From Patescibacteria group bacterium (lineage in GTDB: Bacteria; Patescibacteriota; Patescibacteriia; Veblenbacterales; UBA10138), in NCBI GenBank assembly GCA_043823825.1, contig JBDRTU010000052.1:1-44588 (forward strand): DNA of 44,588 nucleotides. The letters are read 5' to 3'. The translations under genes were made by a program, and so were the position numbers. The first letter of the stretch is position 1, and every line of letters starts with the position of its first letter. Shown piece by piece: positions 1 through 8,881 of this stretch. Under the pieces are notes generated by a model. That model made no database searches and had not been told where the DNA came from. It worked only from the letters and a program-made list of their open reading frames with translations.

Positions 1-14
1 TCAGTGTTTCACCC

Positions 15-1583
15 CTAAGTAACAACCGGTGCCTTGATATTCTTAAGTAATTCCAGGAGGAAATCCCAGAATTTTGCGACCGTAGCGATCTCAACATATT
101 CATTGGTTGTATGCACCTCACTCATGGTAGGACCGAAGGAAATAATTTCAGCTGCCGGGAACATACGATTAAATACCGCGCCCTCAATACCAGCGTGAAC
201 TGTTTTTACCTTAGGTTCAACCCCATAGAGTTGTTGGTACACTTGTTTGGTGGTGCCGAGGAGCGGGGTATCAAAACGAGGTTCCCAGGCCGCGTAGCGG
301 TTGAGAATTTCTGCTTTTCCGTTGGCTTTTTCAAGCATCTCCGTGATCTTTGACTGCAGCTCATCCATTTGTGATTCATCCGAACTTCGAAACATACAAG
401 TGACGGAGTGTTCACTTCCGTCCATTGTCATAATACCGACATTGTTTGATGTTTCGACCAGCTCCTCGTTGTTGGGATCCATACGAATTACACCATGGGG
501 CAGCGCTTTGATAAGCTCTAGTATCGTGCCTTGGTCATCCAGATCAAAAACAGGTTCGCCTGAACTATGGCCAAGATCCTCGAGTGTGACTGCGAGATTT
601 GGCTCAAGCCCCTGGTACTCAACTTTAATTTTTTCCACTAGCTGGTTGAATGCTTCTTTAGCGCTTTCGACTTGATCAGCTGGAAACATTAGAACGGCTT
701 CGGCATCACGGGGAATTGCGTTCATCTTGTTGCCGCCCTTAAGGGTAGCGATCCGGACGCCAAATTCAGTAAACCCCTACAGGACTCTACCAAGTATCTT
801 GATAGCGTTGGCGCGCCCAAGATGGATTTCGAGCCCGGAATGTCCACCCTCTAAGTCTTTGATTGTGAGACGACACTTCCGCATCCCAGAATCTGAGGGT
901 ACATAAGTAATACTGAATGTACCGATCACCCTACCACCGCCAGCACAACCAACGAAAATCTCACCTTCTTCTTCTGAATCAAGATTGATGATCAATCTAC
1001 TTTTGATTATCTTTGTATCTAGGGCGGATGCGCCATCGAAGCCGACCTCTTCCATGGTCGTGAATAGTAGTTCCAGTGGTCCGTGTTCGATGGTATTATT
1101 GTCCATGATAATTGCCAGCATTGCCGCGATGCCAATGCCATTGTCAGCACCGAGAGTGGTGCCATTTGCCATGAGTTTGACATCTTTCAAAATGAACTCA
1201 ATCGGATCTTTGGTGAAATTGTGCGTGCTCTCTTTGAGCTTTTCACACACCATATCAAGGTGCCCCTGGAGGCAGACTGATGGCCTGTCTTCGAAACCGG
1301 GTGTTGCGGGGACGTAAACAATTACGTTGTTTTTATCGTCACGATTTACTTCGAAGCGTCCTTTAGCAAGATTGAACACAAAATCTGCAATTTCAGCTTC
1401 GTTTTTCGACTCGCGCGGAATGGAACTTATAAGGGCAAACATCTGCCACAAAGTTCCAGGGATAAGGCCTTTTATAGCCTCAATATTTGTTTTTTTTACT
1501 GGATTCAAGGTAGTACTCCTTATGTTGTTGATGTGAGTGATTTGTAATTTAGTTGGAAATGAACTAGCTTTATTTCGAGCCAA
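15..1583 (-). pseudogene. pepD: Aminoacyl-histidine dipeptidase (M20 family) split by one in-frame TAG at 777-779
   Basis: Motifs LQGHLDMVCEK, TTLGADNGIG, MEEVG, NLDSEEE, GGHSG, HAGIE. ORFs 777..1583 and 15..725 share a frame and the 17 codons between them are open (GFTEFGVRIATLKGGNK). True start uncertain. Confidence 0.85.
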
Positions 1584-1796
1584 CCTTATAACAAAAAAAT
1601 AATTTTGTCAAGAACTAAAAAACCATCCTTATTAGGTGGTGTGGAAGTAATTAAAAATTCTTATGTCTCACTAGGGTATAACAAAAAATACCAGTAAACA
1701 CTGACGCTTTTGGTGGGGTCAGTTAGTGAATGTGTTTAGAACTATTGATTGGTTAGAAATAAAAATGAGAGTGAATTTATATCCACTCTCATCTAG

Positions 1797-2381
1797 TTAA
1801 AAATGTTTTAATTCATAACTACCTCTACTATCTCTAACTACTAACCTACCTTTAAATCGTTTGCATGCTTTATTTCTTTTTTTAAAAAATTTTATGGCTG
1901 CATTAGCTTCTTTTTCTTTCTCACCAAATACTTTTGAATATTTTTCTAGATACACAACCTTTTTAATACCGATACTATTAACAATATGCTTAGCACATTC
2001 AAGACAAGGAGATAAAGTAACAAATAAAGTAGAATTTGCTATACTTATACCAGCATCAGCTGCGTTAGTAATTGCATTCATTTCAGCATGAGAGCCAATG
2101 CAATTTTTACCCTCTTTCTTTTTACCATTATCATATCTGCATTTGCATCCAACTTTATCACAATGAGGAGCATCTCTTACTGGACCATTATAACCAGTTG
2201 AAAGTATAATAGGTTTTTTTTCTTTTCTTACCCTTGCTATTGCTGCTCCAATATTTGCCCATATACAATGAGCTCTCTCTGCTGCTGTTAATGCTATCTG
2301 CATAAAATACTCGTCCCATGTTGGAATATAATCTTTCTTAACTTTTTTCATTTTTACCTTTTTCTTTTTCTCTTTTTTCAT
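1797..2381 (-). CDS. dCMP deaminase / ComEB family
   Basis: WDEYFM, STGYNG, HAEMNAI and PCLECAK zinc-deaminase motifs; very AT-rich. Confidence 0.9.
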   Translation of the reverse strand: MKKEKKKKVKMKKVKKDYIPTWDEYFMQIALTAAERAHCIWANIGAAIARVRKEKKPIILSTGYNGPVRDAPHCDKVGCKCRYDNGKKKEGKNCIGSHAEMNAITNAADAGISIANSTLFVTLSPCLECAKHIVNSIGIKKVVYLEKYSKVFGEKEKEANAAIKFFKKRNKACKRFKGRLVVRDSRGSYELKHF

Positions 2382-2480
2382 TTTCTAGTTCTCCTTTTAT
2401 TTATATTGTTTTGTAAAAATACAAGCTTTGTTTAACGTTTAATATTATCTTTAATTTAATTTTATGTCAATTAAAGTAAT

Positions 2481-2508
2481 AAAAAATAGCTAAAATTAGC
2501 TATTTTTT
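2481..2508. terminator. AT-rich inverted repeat, probable terminator downstream of tRNA-His
   Basis: AAAAAATAGCTAA-AA-TTAGCTATTTTTT. Confidence 0.5.
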
Positions 2509-2511
2509 AAT

Positions 2512-2551
2512 TGGGTGGCTGTTGGGATTTGAACCCAAGCTAAAGGCTCCA
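2512..2551 (-). pseudogene. 3' half of a diverged tRNA-His-like gene
   Basis: Reverse complement TGGAGCCTTTAGC-TTGGG-TTCAAAT-CCCAA-CAGCCAC-CCA gives a T arm and acceptor 3' strand with no 5' half. Confidence 0.6.
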
Positions 2552-2597
2552 TTCAACCCGCCAATGGTTATAGTATAAATATAGAGAGATACAAGGG

Positions 2598-2669
2598 GGT
2601 GGCCAACGGGAATCGAACCCGTATCAGTGGCGCCACAGGCCACTGCTCTACCACTGAGCTATGGCCACC
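2598..2669 (-). tRNA. tRNA-His(GTG)
   Basis: Cloverleaf with anticodon stem GTGGC/GCCAC, loop CTGTGGC, G-1 and C discriminator. Confidence 0.95.
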
Positions 2670-2722
2670 ACTCTGAATCCCTCAACTAATAATTTTAGAG
2701 TCAACTGATATTAGCATAATTA

Positions 2723-3976
2723 TTATTTATATTCAAGCTCGCTTTCTAAACTGCTATCTAATACTGAAATCCAACTATTACCAGGTTGTAATGGTAGTGG
2801 CTGCTTTTGATTATTAATAAATATTGTACTACTGTTTAAAGATTTTCTTTGCCAGCTACCTTTATACACTTTGCCTTCGGTAAATAAATAAGCTGTGCCT
2901 TCACCTACTGTTTGAATATTAACTTTAAGCAGCGGGTCGTCGGGTAACGGAGTAATGGTAGTAAACATTGTTATCACATTTTTTGCCTGTAGCACGCCGC
3001 CCGTAGTACGATCCAAATGATCCTTGCCATCCATTAATCTAGTATAAACACCAGCAGCTTCTTGGTATTTCCACATTACATCATACTCTAGAGGAAAATA
3101 AGGAATAATTACTTCAGTTGCCGTAGCAATGGAATTAACAGAAGGAGAATCAGAAACTGTATACGGCCAAGATTCTAAAGAAGCTATAGTATTCCAACCG
3201 TGCCCTTTAGCATAATCGTAAAACCGTTCGGCAGAGGTATAAAGATTATGAGGTCGCGATTCTTTCTCCTCACGCCAAAAAGCATTTTCCTGCGCAAATT
3301 CATTAGCGTCCTGCAATCCCGTTACGCCACGAGCTAATTCTGACAAAGCTTCGGTTGAACCGCCGCTGTGCGCATAGAAAGCTCTGACTTCCCTTGCCCA
3401 ATCAGTAAAATAAGAACGCGCGCTCCTAACTGGACCAATTCTTAAAGGTAGCCCTTTTTGGAAAATAGCTAAAAATCTTGTTACCCCTCCTTCGGTTGGC
3501 GCCTCCCAGACCAGGTCGGCAAAAGATAAACCAGATTGCGGCCGCACACTTGGAAAATTTTCAATCACTACGGCCAAAGGTCTCCGCTCGATCACTTCCT
3601 GAGTTACTGCTTCACCAGTTAAAGCAGACACATATTTTTGTTGCTCTTCCTCATCAGGGGGTAATAATTGTAGATTACTATTTAAAGCAACAGTGCCAAA
3701 TTGAGATGAGCCACCTTCTTTTTTTAATACAACAACTGTTCCAATTAAAAGTACAATCACTAATAAACCAGCAAACCAAGCACTGTATTCTAAAAAACTA
3801 ATAGTAGACAGCCTCGCCGCTACTTGCTGAGGTCTTACTATTTTCACCTTACTGGCTCTGTCTTTAGTAACAATCGGAACTTTAATTTTCTTAAATGGCT
3901 TCTTACTCGTGGCTCCACGTTTAGCAACTTTCACTATAACTGTTTTTTTAGATTGAGCTGGTTTGTTTTTGGACAT
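2723..3976 (-). CDS. DUF3048-domain membrane-anchored protein
   Basis: One TM helix, then RPLAVVIEN, RPQSGL, EGGVTRF, GPVRSAR, HSGGS, PHNLY. Confidence 0.85.
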   Translation of the reverse strand: MSKNKPAQSKKTVIVKVAKRGATSKKPFKKIKVPIVTKDRASKVKIVRPQQVAARLSTISFLEYSAWFAGLLVIVLLIGTVVVLKKEGGSSQFGTVALNSNLQLLPPDEEEQQKYVSALTGEAVTQEVIERRPLAVVIENFPSVRPQSGLSFADLVWEAPTEGGVTRFLAIFQKGLPLRIGPVRSARSYFTDWAREVRAFYAHSGGSTEALSELARGVTGLQDANEFAQENAFWREEKESRPHNLYTSAERFYDYAKGHGWNTIASLESWPYTVSDSPSVNSIATATEVIIPYFPLEYDVMWKYQEAAGVYTRLMDGKDHLDRTTGGVLQAKNVITMFTTITPLPDDPLLKVNIQTVGEGTAYLFTEGKVYKGSWQRKSLNSSTIFINNQKQPLPLQPGNSWISVLDSSLESELEYK

Positions 3977-3994
3977 AATCCTCCTTAGATAAAA

Positions 3995-4321
3995 TTAATT
4001 TTTTAATTCTCCTTTAAACCATTTATAATAAGCGAGATTAACATTTGATATTTCTACCGTACCAATAAAGGGCACTTGGTCAGAATGTTTTGATTGTACC
4101 AATTTTTGTAACTTTTTTAAATGCTTAGGTAAAGTATCCATAACCAGCAAACAACCCTTGCCTCTTTCTATTTTTCCGGTTTTTGGTGGCCAAAAGAAAC
4201 GCGTCAGTAGGCGCGGAAAAATATTGTAACAAACCGTTAGTCTAGCTCTAAGCGAAATATCACCAATCCGCTTTGCCTCGGCAACAGAATTACAATTTAC
4301 TAACAGCCAAAGTAGTTTCAT
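3995..4321 (-). CDS. cutA: Divalent cation tolerance protein CutA-like
   Basis: EAKRIG...ARLTVCYNI, HSDQVPFI, YYKW; 108 aa. Confidence 0.75.
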   Translation of the reverse strand: MKLLWLLVNCNSVAEAKRIGDISLRARLTVCYNIFPRLLTRFFWPPKTGKIERGKGCLLVMDTLPKHLKKLQKLVQSKHSDQVPFIGTVEISNVNLAYYKWFKGELKN

Positions 4322-4944
4322 AAAGTCTTAATTAATTCAGGCAACTCTTTAAAGGATGAAATGCAGGCGTCGGCATTATCAAACTTTTTATGTGAGTAAA
4401 TTATTACTCTCATATCAGCGGCACGTGCTGTGACAATGTCATTTTCCACATCTCCTATATAAACACACTCATTAGGCCTTACTTCTAGTTTTCTAGCTGC
4501 CAATAAAAGTGGTTCGGGGTGCGGTTTGTGATTAACTGTATCTTGATAAGATACTGCTGCACCAAAATACTTTTTTAGTTCCTCTAAACTAGGGCCAACG
4601 AACATAGTCTCCGCTACCCGGCTAGTTACAATTCCTAATTTATATTTTTTTCTTAGAGCTTTTACTGCCTTAGCCGCGCCTATTGTCATGGTAGAGAAAC
4701 GAATGTAATATTGCCCCGCTAATCTTCTCCCCTCTTCCCACATTTTCATTATCTCCTGCTCATTAGTAGTTTTAGACAGAACTTTAATTGCATCGTATAA
4801 ATTGTAATGAAAAATCTGGCGATACTCTTCAGCCGTGGGCGGCTGGTAACCGTTCTTTTCCATCAAATCCTGAAAAAAATTCAAATTAGCTGGAAATGAA
4901 TCCATTACTACTCCATCAATATCAAAAATTACTGCTTTAATCAT
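4318..4944 (-). CDS. HAD-IA hydrolase (phosphoglycolate phosphatase-like)
   Basis: MIKAVIFDIDGV, KPHPEP, YIGDVENDI; start moved to the ATG at 4944. Confidence 0.9.
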   Translation of the reverse strand: MIKAVIFDIDGVVMDSFPANLNFFQDLMEKNGYQPPTAEEYRQIFHYNLYDAIKVLSKTTNEQEIMKMWEEGRRLAGQYYIRFSTMTIGAAKAVKALRKKYKLGIVTSRVAETMFVGPSLEELKKYFGAAVSYQDTVNHKPHPEPLLLAARKLEVRPNECVYIGDVENDIVTARAADMRVIIYSHKKFDNADACISSFKELPELIKTL

Positions 4945-4970
4945 AAATGTTAGTGGTACCCCGAAGGCCT

Positions 4971-4987
4971 GTCCGCCTCGGGCGGAC
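4971..4987. repeat. Short GC-rich palindrome GTCCGCC-NN-GGGCGGAC, copy 1
   Basis: Related copies at 34758-34774 and 40278-40294. Confidence 0.6.
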
Positions 4988-5023
4988 TTAGAAATCCGAG
5001 ATTCTATTTTACCCCACTCCACT

Positions 5024-5301
5024 TGCCCCCGAGAGGAATCGAACCTCTATTAGCGGCTCCCGCCTACGCTTAAGGCTTCGGTGGGCAAGTAGAAGTCCGC
5101 AGTTCCCCGCCTGCCATCACCTATGCCCTTGAGAGGAATCGAACCTCTATCAGCGGCTTAGAAGTCCGCGGTTCTATCCATTGAACTACAAGGGCACAGG
5201 GCATGGCGGGCAGATATCTATTATCCGCCTCCATATTTTAATATTACGGCGGATCCTCGCCGAAGCTTAAATAAATTAGCGGAGGCGGAAACTACGAGGG
5301 C
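5024..5301 (-). pseudogene. Outer tRNA-Arg(TCT) interrupted by three palindromic insertions
   Basis: Segments 5290-5301, 5215-5223, 5090-5105 and 5024-5058 join to a 72-nt tRNA that differs from the inner copy at 7 positions. Confidence 0.85.
5124..5195 (-). tRNA. tRNA-Arg(TCT), intact and nested in the interrupted copy
   Basis: GCCCTTGTAGTTCAATGGATAGAACCGCGGA-CTTCTAA-GCCGCTGATAGAGGTTCGATTCCTCTCAAGGGCA. Confidence 0.95.
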
Positions 5302-5418
5302 TAGCCGTAGTTAATTAACTAAACTCTACTACTTATCCCTATTTTAAGATAATTTGTCAACTATCGCCACACTTACAAACAAAATGGGTTAATGGCATAT
5401 AGAGCAGTAAATTGAAAA

Positions 5419-6720
5419 CTACCAAGGCAATATTAACCCATAAGTAGTTGGTGCGAGCAACAAAAACGAAATGACTACTATATAAAGATAGGCTGGCAGT
5501 AATCGTTTTTGCCAATAAGTGTTTCTAATACACCAATCTTTCACTGATGGCCAAATTAAAGGCACTAATAAATAACCAAATATCAACGCTGGAAAATAGT
5601 GATAAATAAAAAATACTCTATTAATAAAAAAGAAAGGTATATAACTTATAAAAAATGCCAGTAGTAATAGGGTCCGATTATCATCTCGCAATACACGATT
5701 AGTTAAAGAGAGAATGGACAAAAGTAACGCTACCACTAGAGCTATAATAACAGAAAACCAACCTACTGGATTACCCTGAACAATAATTGCACGGTCATTC
5801 TCAACTAATATTCCTAACTTTTTTTCACCAACCAGCCATTGTTGAGGTTGGCTGGAATTTGCATGTTCAGAATAATTACTGTTAGCTTTAAACATAGTTA
5901 CAAATAATGTTGGTAGATAACGCACAATACCTACCAAATCATTTCCCGGAGGATATTTCAGCCGTTCAGAAACAGTCTGAATTTTACCTAAACTAATCGG
6001 CGTCTTACTGTTAACTCCTCCGATAGAAGCAAAATAGATTACCCATATTGTTAGATGAATAAATAAAATAAATAACAATGCTAACGCAAATTCACGTAAT
6101 CGCTGTTGCCGCCATAACCACCAACCTAAAACTGCTATAAAACCCAAGGCGATCCATTTTACCGACAAAGCGCCGCCCAACAGCGCGGCTCCGCAGATGA
6201 ATAAGAGATATCTAATTTTTTTTGATCTTGCGCTCCCTCCTATTAAAAATAAAGCAAGGCCCCCGAAACCTAAGAAGAGTAACAAATTTTCTGGTAACAT
6301 TAATCTTGAATATACTACCAAAGAATTGTCCCAAATTACCAACCATGCAGCGATCACTGCCTGCCAAGTCGCCATTGAAAGAGCTCGTGCTATTAAATAA
6401 ACAGCTATCACTAATCCCGCTCCTAAAAATGCGTTCAATTGACGTGCAGTCTGATAAGGAAATTTATTAATGGTCTGGCTGGTATTCTCAATTTGTAAAG
6501 AAGGTTGATAAGATTTAACTGATACTGCATTTACTAATGAAGATAAGGGTGGATGCACTGTAAAGTAGGGTTGTTGGTGCAAGATATAAGTGGCAAAAGT
6601 TGCTTCTGTAGATTCATCAAATAAAGCTTGAGTAGGATATGATAATTTTGGTAATCGCAATAAAAGCGCCAGTAAAAAAAGACCGATTATGATTGTGTAA
6701 TCTTTTTTAGTCAACAACAT
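5419..6720 (-). CDS. Protein O-mannosyltransferase-like glycosyltransferase (PMT/GT39)
   Basis: Multi-TM; LFDE, VHPPL, SVKW, GNPVGW, RVFFIYHYFPAL. Confidence 0.85.
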   Translation of the reverse strand: MLLTKKDYTIIIGLFLLALLLRLPKLSYPTQALFDESTEATFATYILHQQPYFTVHPPLSSLVNAVSVKSYQPSLQIENTSQTINKFPYQTARQLNAFLGAGLVIAVYLIARALSMATWQAVIAAWLVIWDNSLVVYSRLMLPENLLLFLGFGGLALFLIGGSARSKKIRYLLFICGAALLGGALSVKWIALGFIAVLGWWLWRQQRLREFALALLFILFIHLTIWVIYFASIGGVNSKTPISLGKIQTVSERLKYPPGNDLVGIVRYLPTLFVTMFKANSNYSEHANSSQPQQWLVGEKKLGILVENDRAIIVQGNPVGWFSVIIALVVALLLSILSLTNRVLRDDNRTLLLLAFFISYIPFFFINRVFFIYHYFPALIFGYLLVPLIWPSVKDWCIRNTYWQKRLLPAYLYIVVISFLLLAPTTYGLILPW

Positions 6721-6761
6721 TAGTTATGTTAAACAAAAATACTTAGTTAATATAATAATTA

Positions 6762-7715
6762 TTAACCCTTTCTGCGCCGAGAGTGAAAAGCTTTATGTAC
6801 TTCGCCCAATTGCTTATCAGTAACGTGAGTATATACCTGAGTAGTAGTAATACTGGCATGCCCGAGTAAAGTTTGTACTGCTCTTAAATCAGCGCCCGAA
6901 GATAATAAATCAGTGGCAAAGGAGTGCCGCAGGGTATGTGGAGTAATTTTTCGTGTGATACCTGCTACTTTACGATAATACTCAATTGCTCGCTGTACAC
7001 TGCGGGTAGATAATGGATGCGAAGCTGACTTTCCTTTTTCTCTTCCTTTGGCTGCCCTGTCGTGACCGATAAATAAAGCTGGATCAAGATCAATACGTTT
7101 ATCTAAATATTTTTTTAAATGATTCTTGGCAGTAGTTGATAAAAAAACTACACGCACTTTGCCGCCTTTACCTCTTATTGGCATTTCATCTTTTAATAAA
7201 TTAATTTGATCACATTTTAAACTAACTAACTCCGACACGCGCATACCAGTAGAAAAAAGAAGTTCTAAAATAGCTTTATCACGTAATTTAATAATATGTG
7301 CTTCATTGGTTTTAAATGGCGCTTCCAATAATCGTTCTAAATCTGATCCCTCCAAAAATTCCACCTGTCGCTCTTGTTGTTTAGCTAACTCAATTTTCTC
7401 AGGTGCGAGTGACACTAAATCGCGCTTACGTAAATATTTAAGAAAAGAGCGTAGGGCAATTAAATGGTAATTTTGGGTAGTGTGGGAAAGTTCTTGTCCC
7501 CCTCGTGACTGAAAACGATTTAACCACAAACGAAAATTGCGAATCTGGTCAGCGGTAATGTCTTGGGGTTTTGATTTTTTCTTTAAACTTGTTCTTAACC
7601 AAACCAAAAAGCGTGTGAGGTAAAAATCATAATTACGAATTGTCAGCTTTGAACGCCCAAGTTCTATTTCTAAATATTCCAAAAAGTCATGAATGTAGTC
7701 GTGCAAAGTGGCCAT
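6762..7715 (-). CDS. Tyrosine recombinase XerC/XerD family
   Basis: RDKAILELLFSTGMRVSEL, GKGGK, PHTLRHSFAT, LLGHASITTTQVYTHV. Confidence 0.95.
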   Translation of the reverse strand: MATLHDYIHDFLEYLEIELGRSKLTIRNYDFYLTRFLVWLRTSLKKKSKPQDITADQIRNFRLWLNRFQSRGGQELSHTTQNYHLIALRSFLKYLRKRDLVSLAPEKIELAKQQERQVEFLEGSDLERLLEAPFKTNEAHIIKLRDKAILELLFSTGMRVSELVSLKCDQINLLKDEMPIRGKGGKVRVVFLSTTAKNHLKKYLDKRIDLDPALFIGHDRAAKGREKGKSASHPLSTRSVQRAIEYYRKVAGITRKITPHTLRHSFATDLLSSGADLRAVQTLLGHASITTTQVYTHVTDKQLGEVHKAFHSRRRKG

Positions 7716-7807
7716 AATAGTATCTATATTTTACGACACATTAAATTTTTGAACAACTAGGTTGATTAAAATTACCATCTGTGCTAGTATTGGGGCACTA
7801 ATAATTA

Positions 7808-7860
7808 TTCGTTTAGCTGGGTTACTGGGCTCTATCCACCCCCTACTCGGTAAACGGATT
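7808..7860 (+). promoter_or_regulatory. Structured 5' leader of rpsO (putative S15 autoregulatory element)
   Basis: TTCGTTTAGCTGGGT pairs imperfectly with ACTCGGTAAACGGA just before the AAGGA RBS. Confidence 0.45.
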
Positions 7861-7871
7861 AAGGAAAAGCT

Positions 7872-8231
7872 ATGCTAGACAAGCAAACTAAGGATAAAAT
7901 CATTAAAAAATTTAAGACGCATGAGCAAGATACGGGATCGGCTGAAGTGCAGATCGCGATTTTAACTGAGGAAATTAGCAGGTTAACCGAACACCTTAAA
8001 TCTCATAAAAAAGATTTTTCCTCTCGTCGTGGTTTGTTGAAAAAAATAGGACAACGCCGACGACTACTTAAATTCTTAAAACGAGAGGATGAGAAAAAAT
8101 TTGAACAGTTAGTGAAGAAACTTAAGTTGAATATAAAAATCTCTGATGTCGCTCAACCATTACCAGAAGAAGTAGAGGAGGAAAAATCAACCAAGCAAAA
8201 AAACAAGGAGTCCTCTAAGGAAAAGGAATAA
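7872..8231 (+). CDS. rpsO: 30S ribosomal protein S15 with charged C-terminal extension
   Basis: [26 protein letters not shown]. Confidence 0.97.
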   Translation: MLDKQTKDKIIKKFKTHEQDTGSAEVQIAILTEEISRLTEHLKSHKKDFSSRRGLLKKIGQRRRLLKFLKREDEKKFEQLVKKLKLNIKISDVAQPLPEEVEEEKSTKQKNKESSKEKE

Positions 8232-8232
8232 T

Positions 8233-8739
8233 ATGTTGCAACACAAGGACCAACGAGTAGGAGTATTTGTGGATGTACAAAACATGTACTATTCCGGACG
8301 CAACTTATATAACACTAAAGTTAACTTTGGTGCCATTTTGAGTTTATCAGTAGCCACTAGAAAATTAATTCGCGCCATTGCCTATGTCGTAAGAGCCGAA
8401 GCGCCCGAGGAAACGAAATTTTTTGAAGCTTTAGACAAACAGGGATTTGAACTTAAAATGAAAGATCTGCAAGTATTTTGGGGTGGGGCCAAAAAAGGCG
8501 ATTGGGATGTGGGCTTGGCAATCGATGCTATCTCAATGGCTCCCAAATTGGATGTAATAGTATTGGTAACCGGCGATGGTGACTACGTGCCCTTAGTTCA
8601 ATATTTACAATTTTTAGGTCAACGAGTTGAAGTGGTAGCTTTTGGTAAAACCACTTCTGCTAAATTAGTTGAAGCCGCTGACGATTTTTTTGACCTTTCT
8701 ACTAATCCGAGAAAATTTTTATTAACCAAAATTAAATAA
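8233..8739 (+). CDS. NYN domain (LabA/DUF88) putative ribonuclease
   Basis: VFVDVQNMY, KGDWDVGLAID, LVTGDGDY, ADDFFDL. Confidence 0.9.
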   Translation: MLQHKDQRVGVFVDVQNMYYSGRNLYNTKVNFGAILSLSVATRKLIRAIAYVVRAEAPEETKFFEALDKQGFELKMKDLQVFWGGAKKGDWDVGLAIDAISMAPKLDVIVLVTGDGDYVPLVQYLQFLGQRVEVVAFGKTTSAKLVEAADDFFDLSTNPRKFLLTKIK

Positions 8740-8778
8740 TTAAGTTTTAATTTTGTTATTGTCGTTTGTTGGTATATG

Positions 8779-8840
8779 TGTTGTTTGATGAGAAGTTAAT
8801 TCTTGCTTAAGCCTAAAGAATTAAGCTCTTCTCAAATAAC
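8779..8840 (+). promoter_or_regulatory. Long hairpin in the pnp leader (probable RNase III processing site)
   Basis: TGTTGTTTGA.TGAGAAG.TTAATTCTT pairs with AAGAATTAA.CTTCTCA.AATAACA; pnp leaders are RNase III substrates in model bacteria. Confidence 0.5.
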
Positions 8841-8881
8841 ACCTCCATCGAAGCTGGCAAAACAATCAGAAAGAATAACAT

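Noticed and set aside
777-779. Alternative genetic code or pyrrolysine
   Set aside because: TAG and TGA end core genes here (dnaA and pnp; cutA and yidC), and no pyl genes are in the window
4945-5022. N-terminal extension of the HAD ORF
   Set aside because: Runs through a palindromic repeat; the family motif begins at ATG 4944
6762-7715. Integron or prophage integrase
   Set aside because: Housekeeping Xer-type length and context, no evident IntI insertion, 33 kb from the attC-like sites
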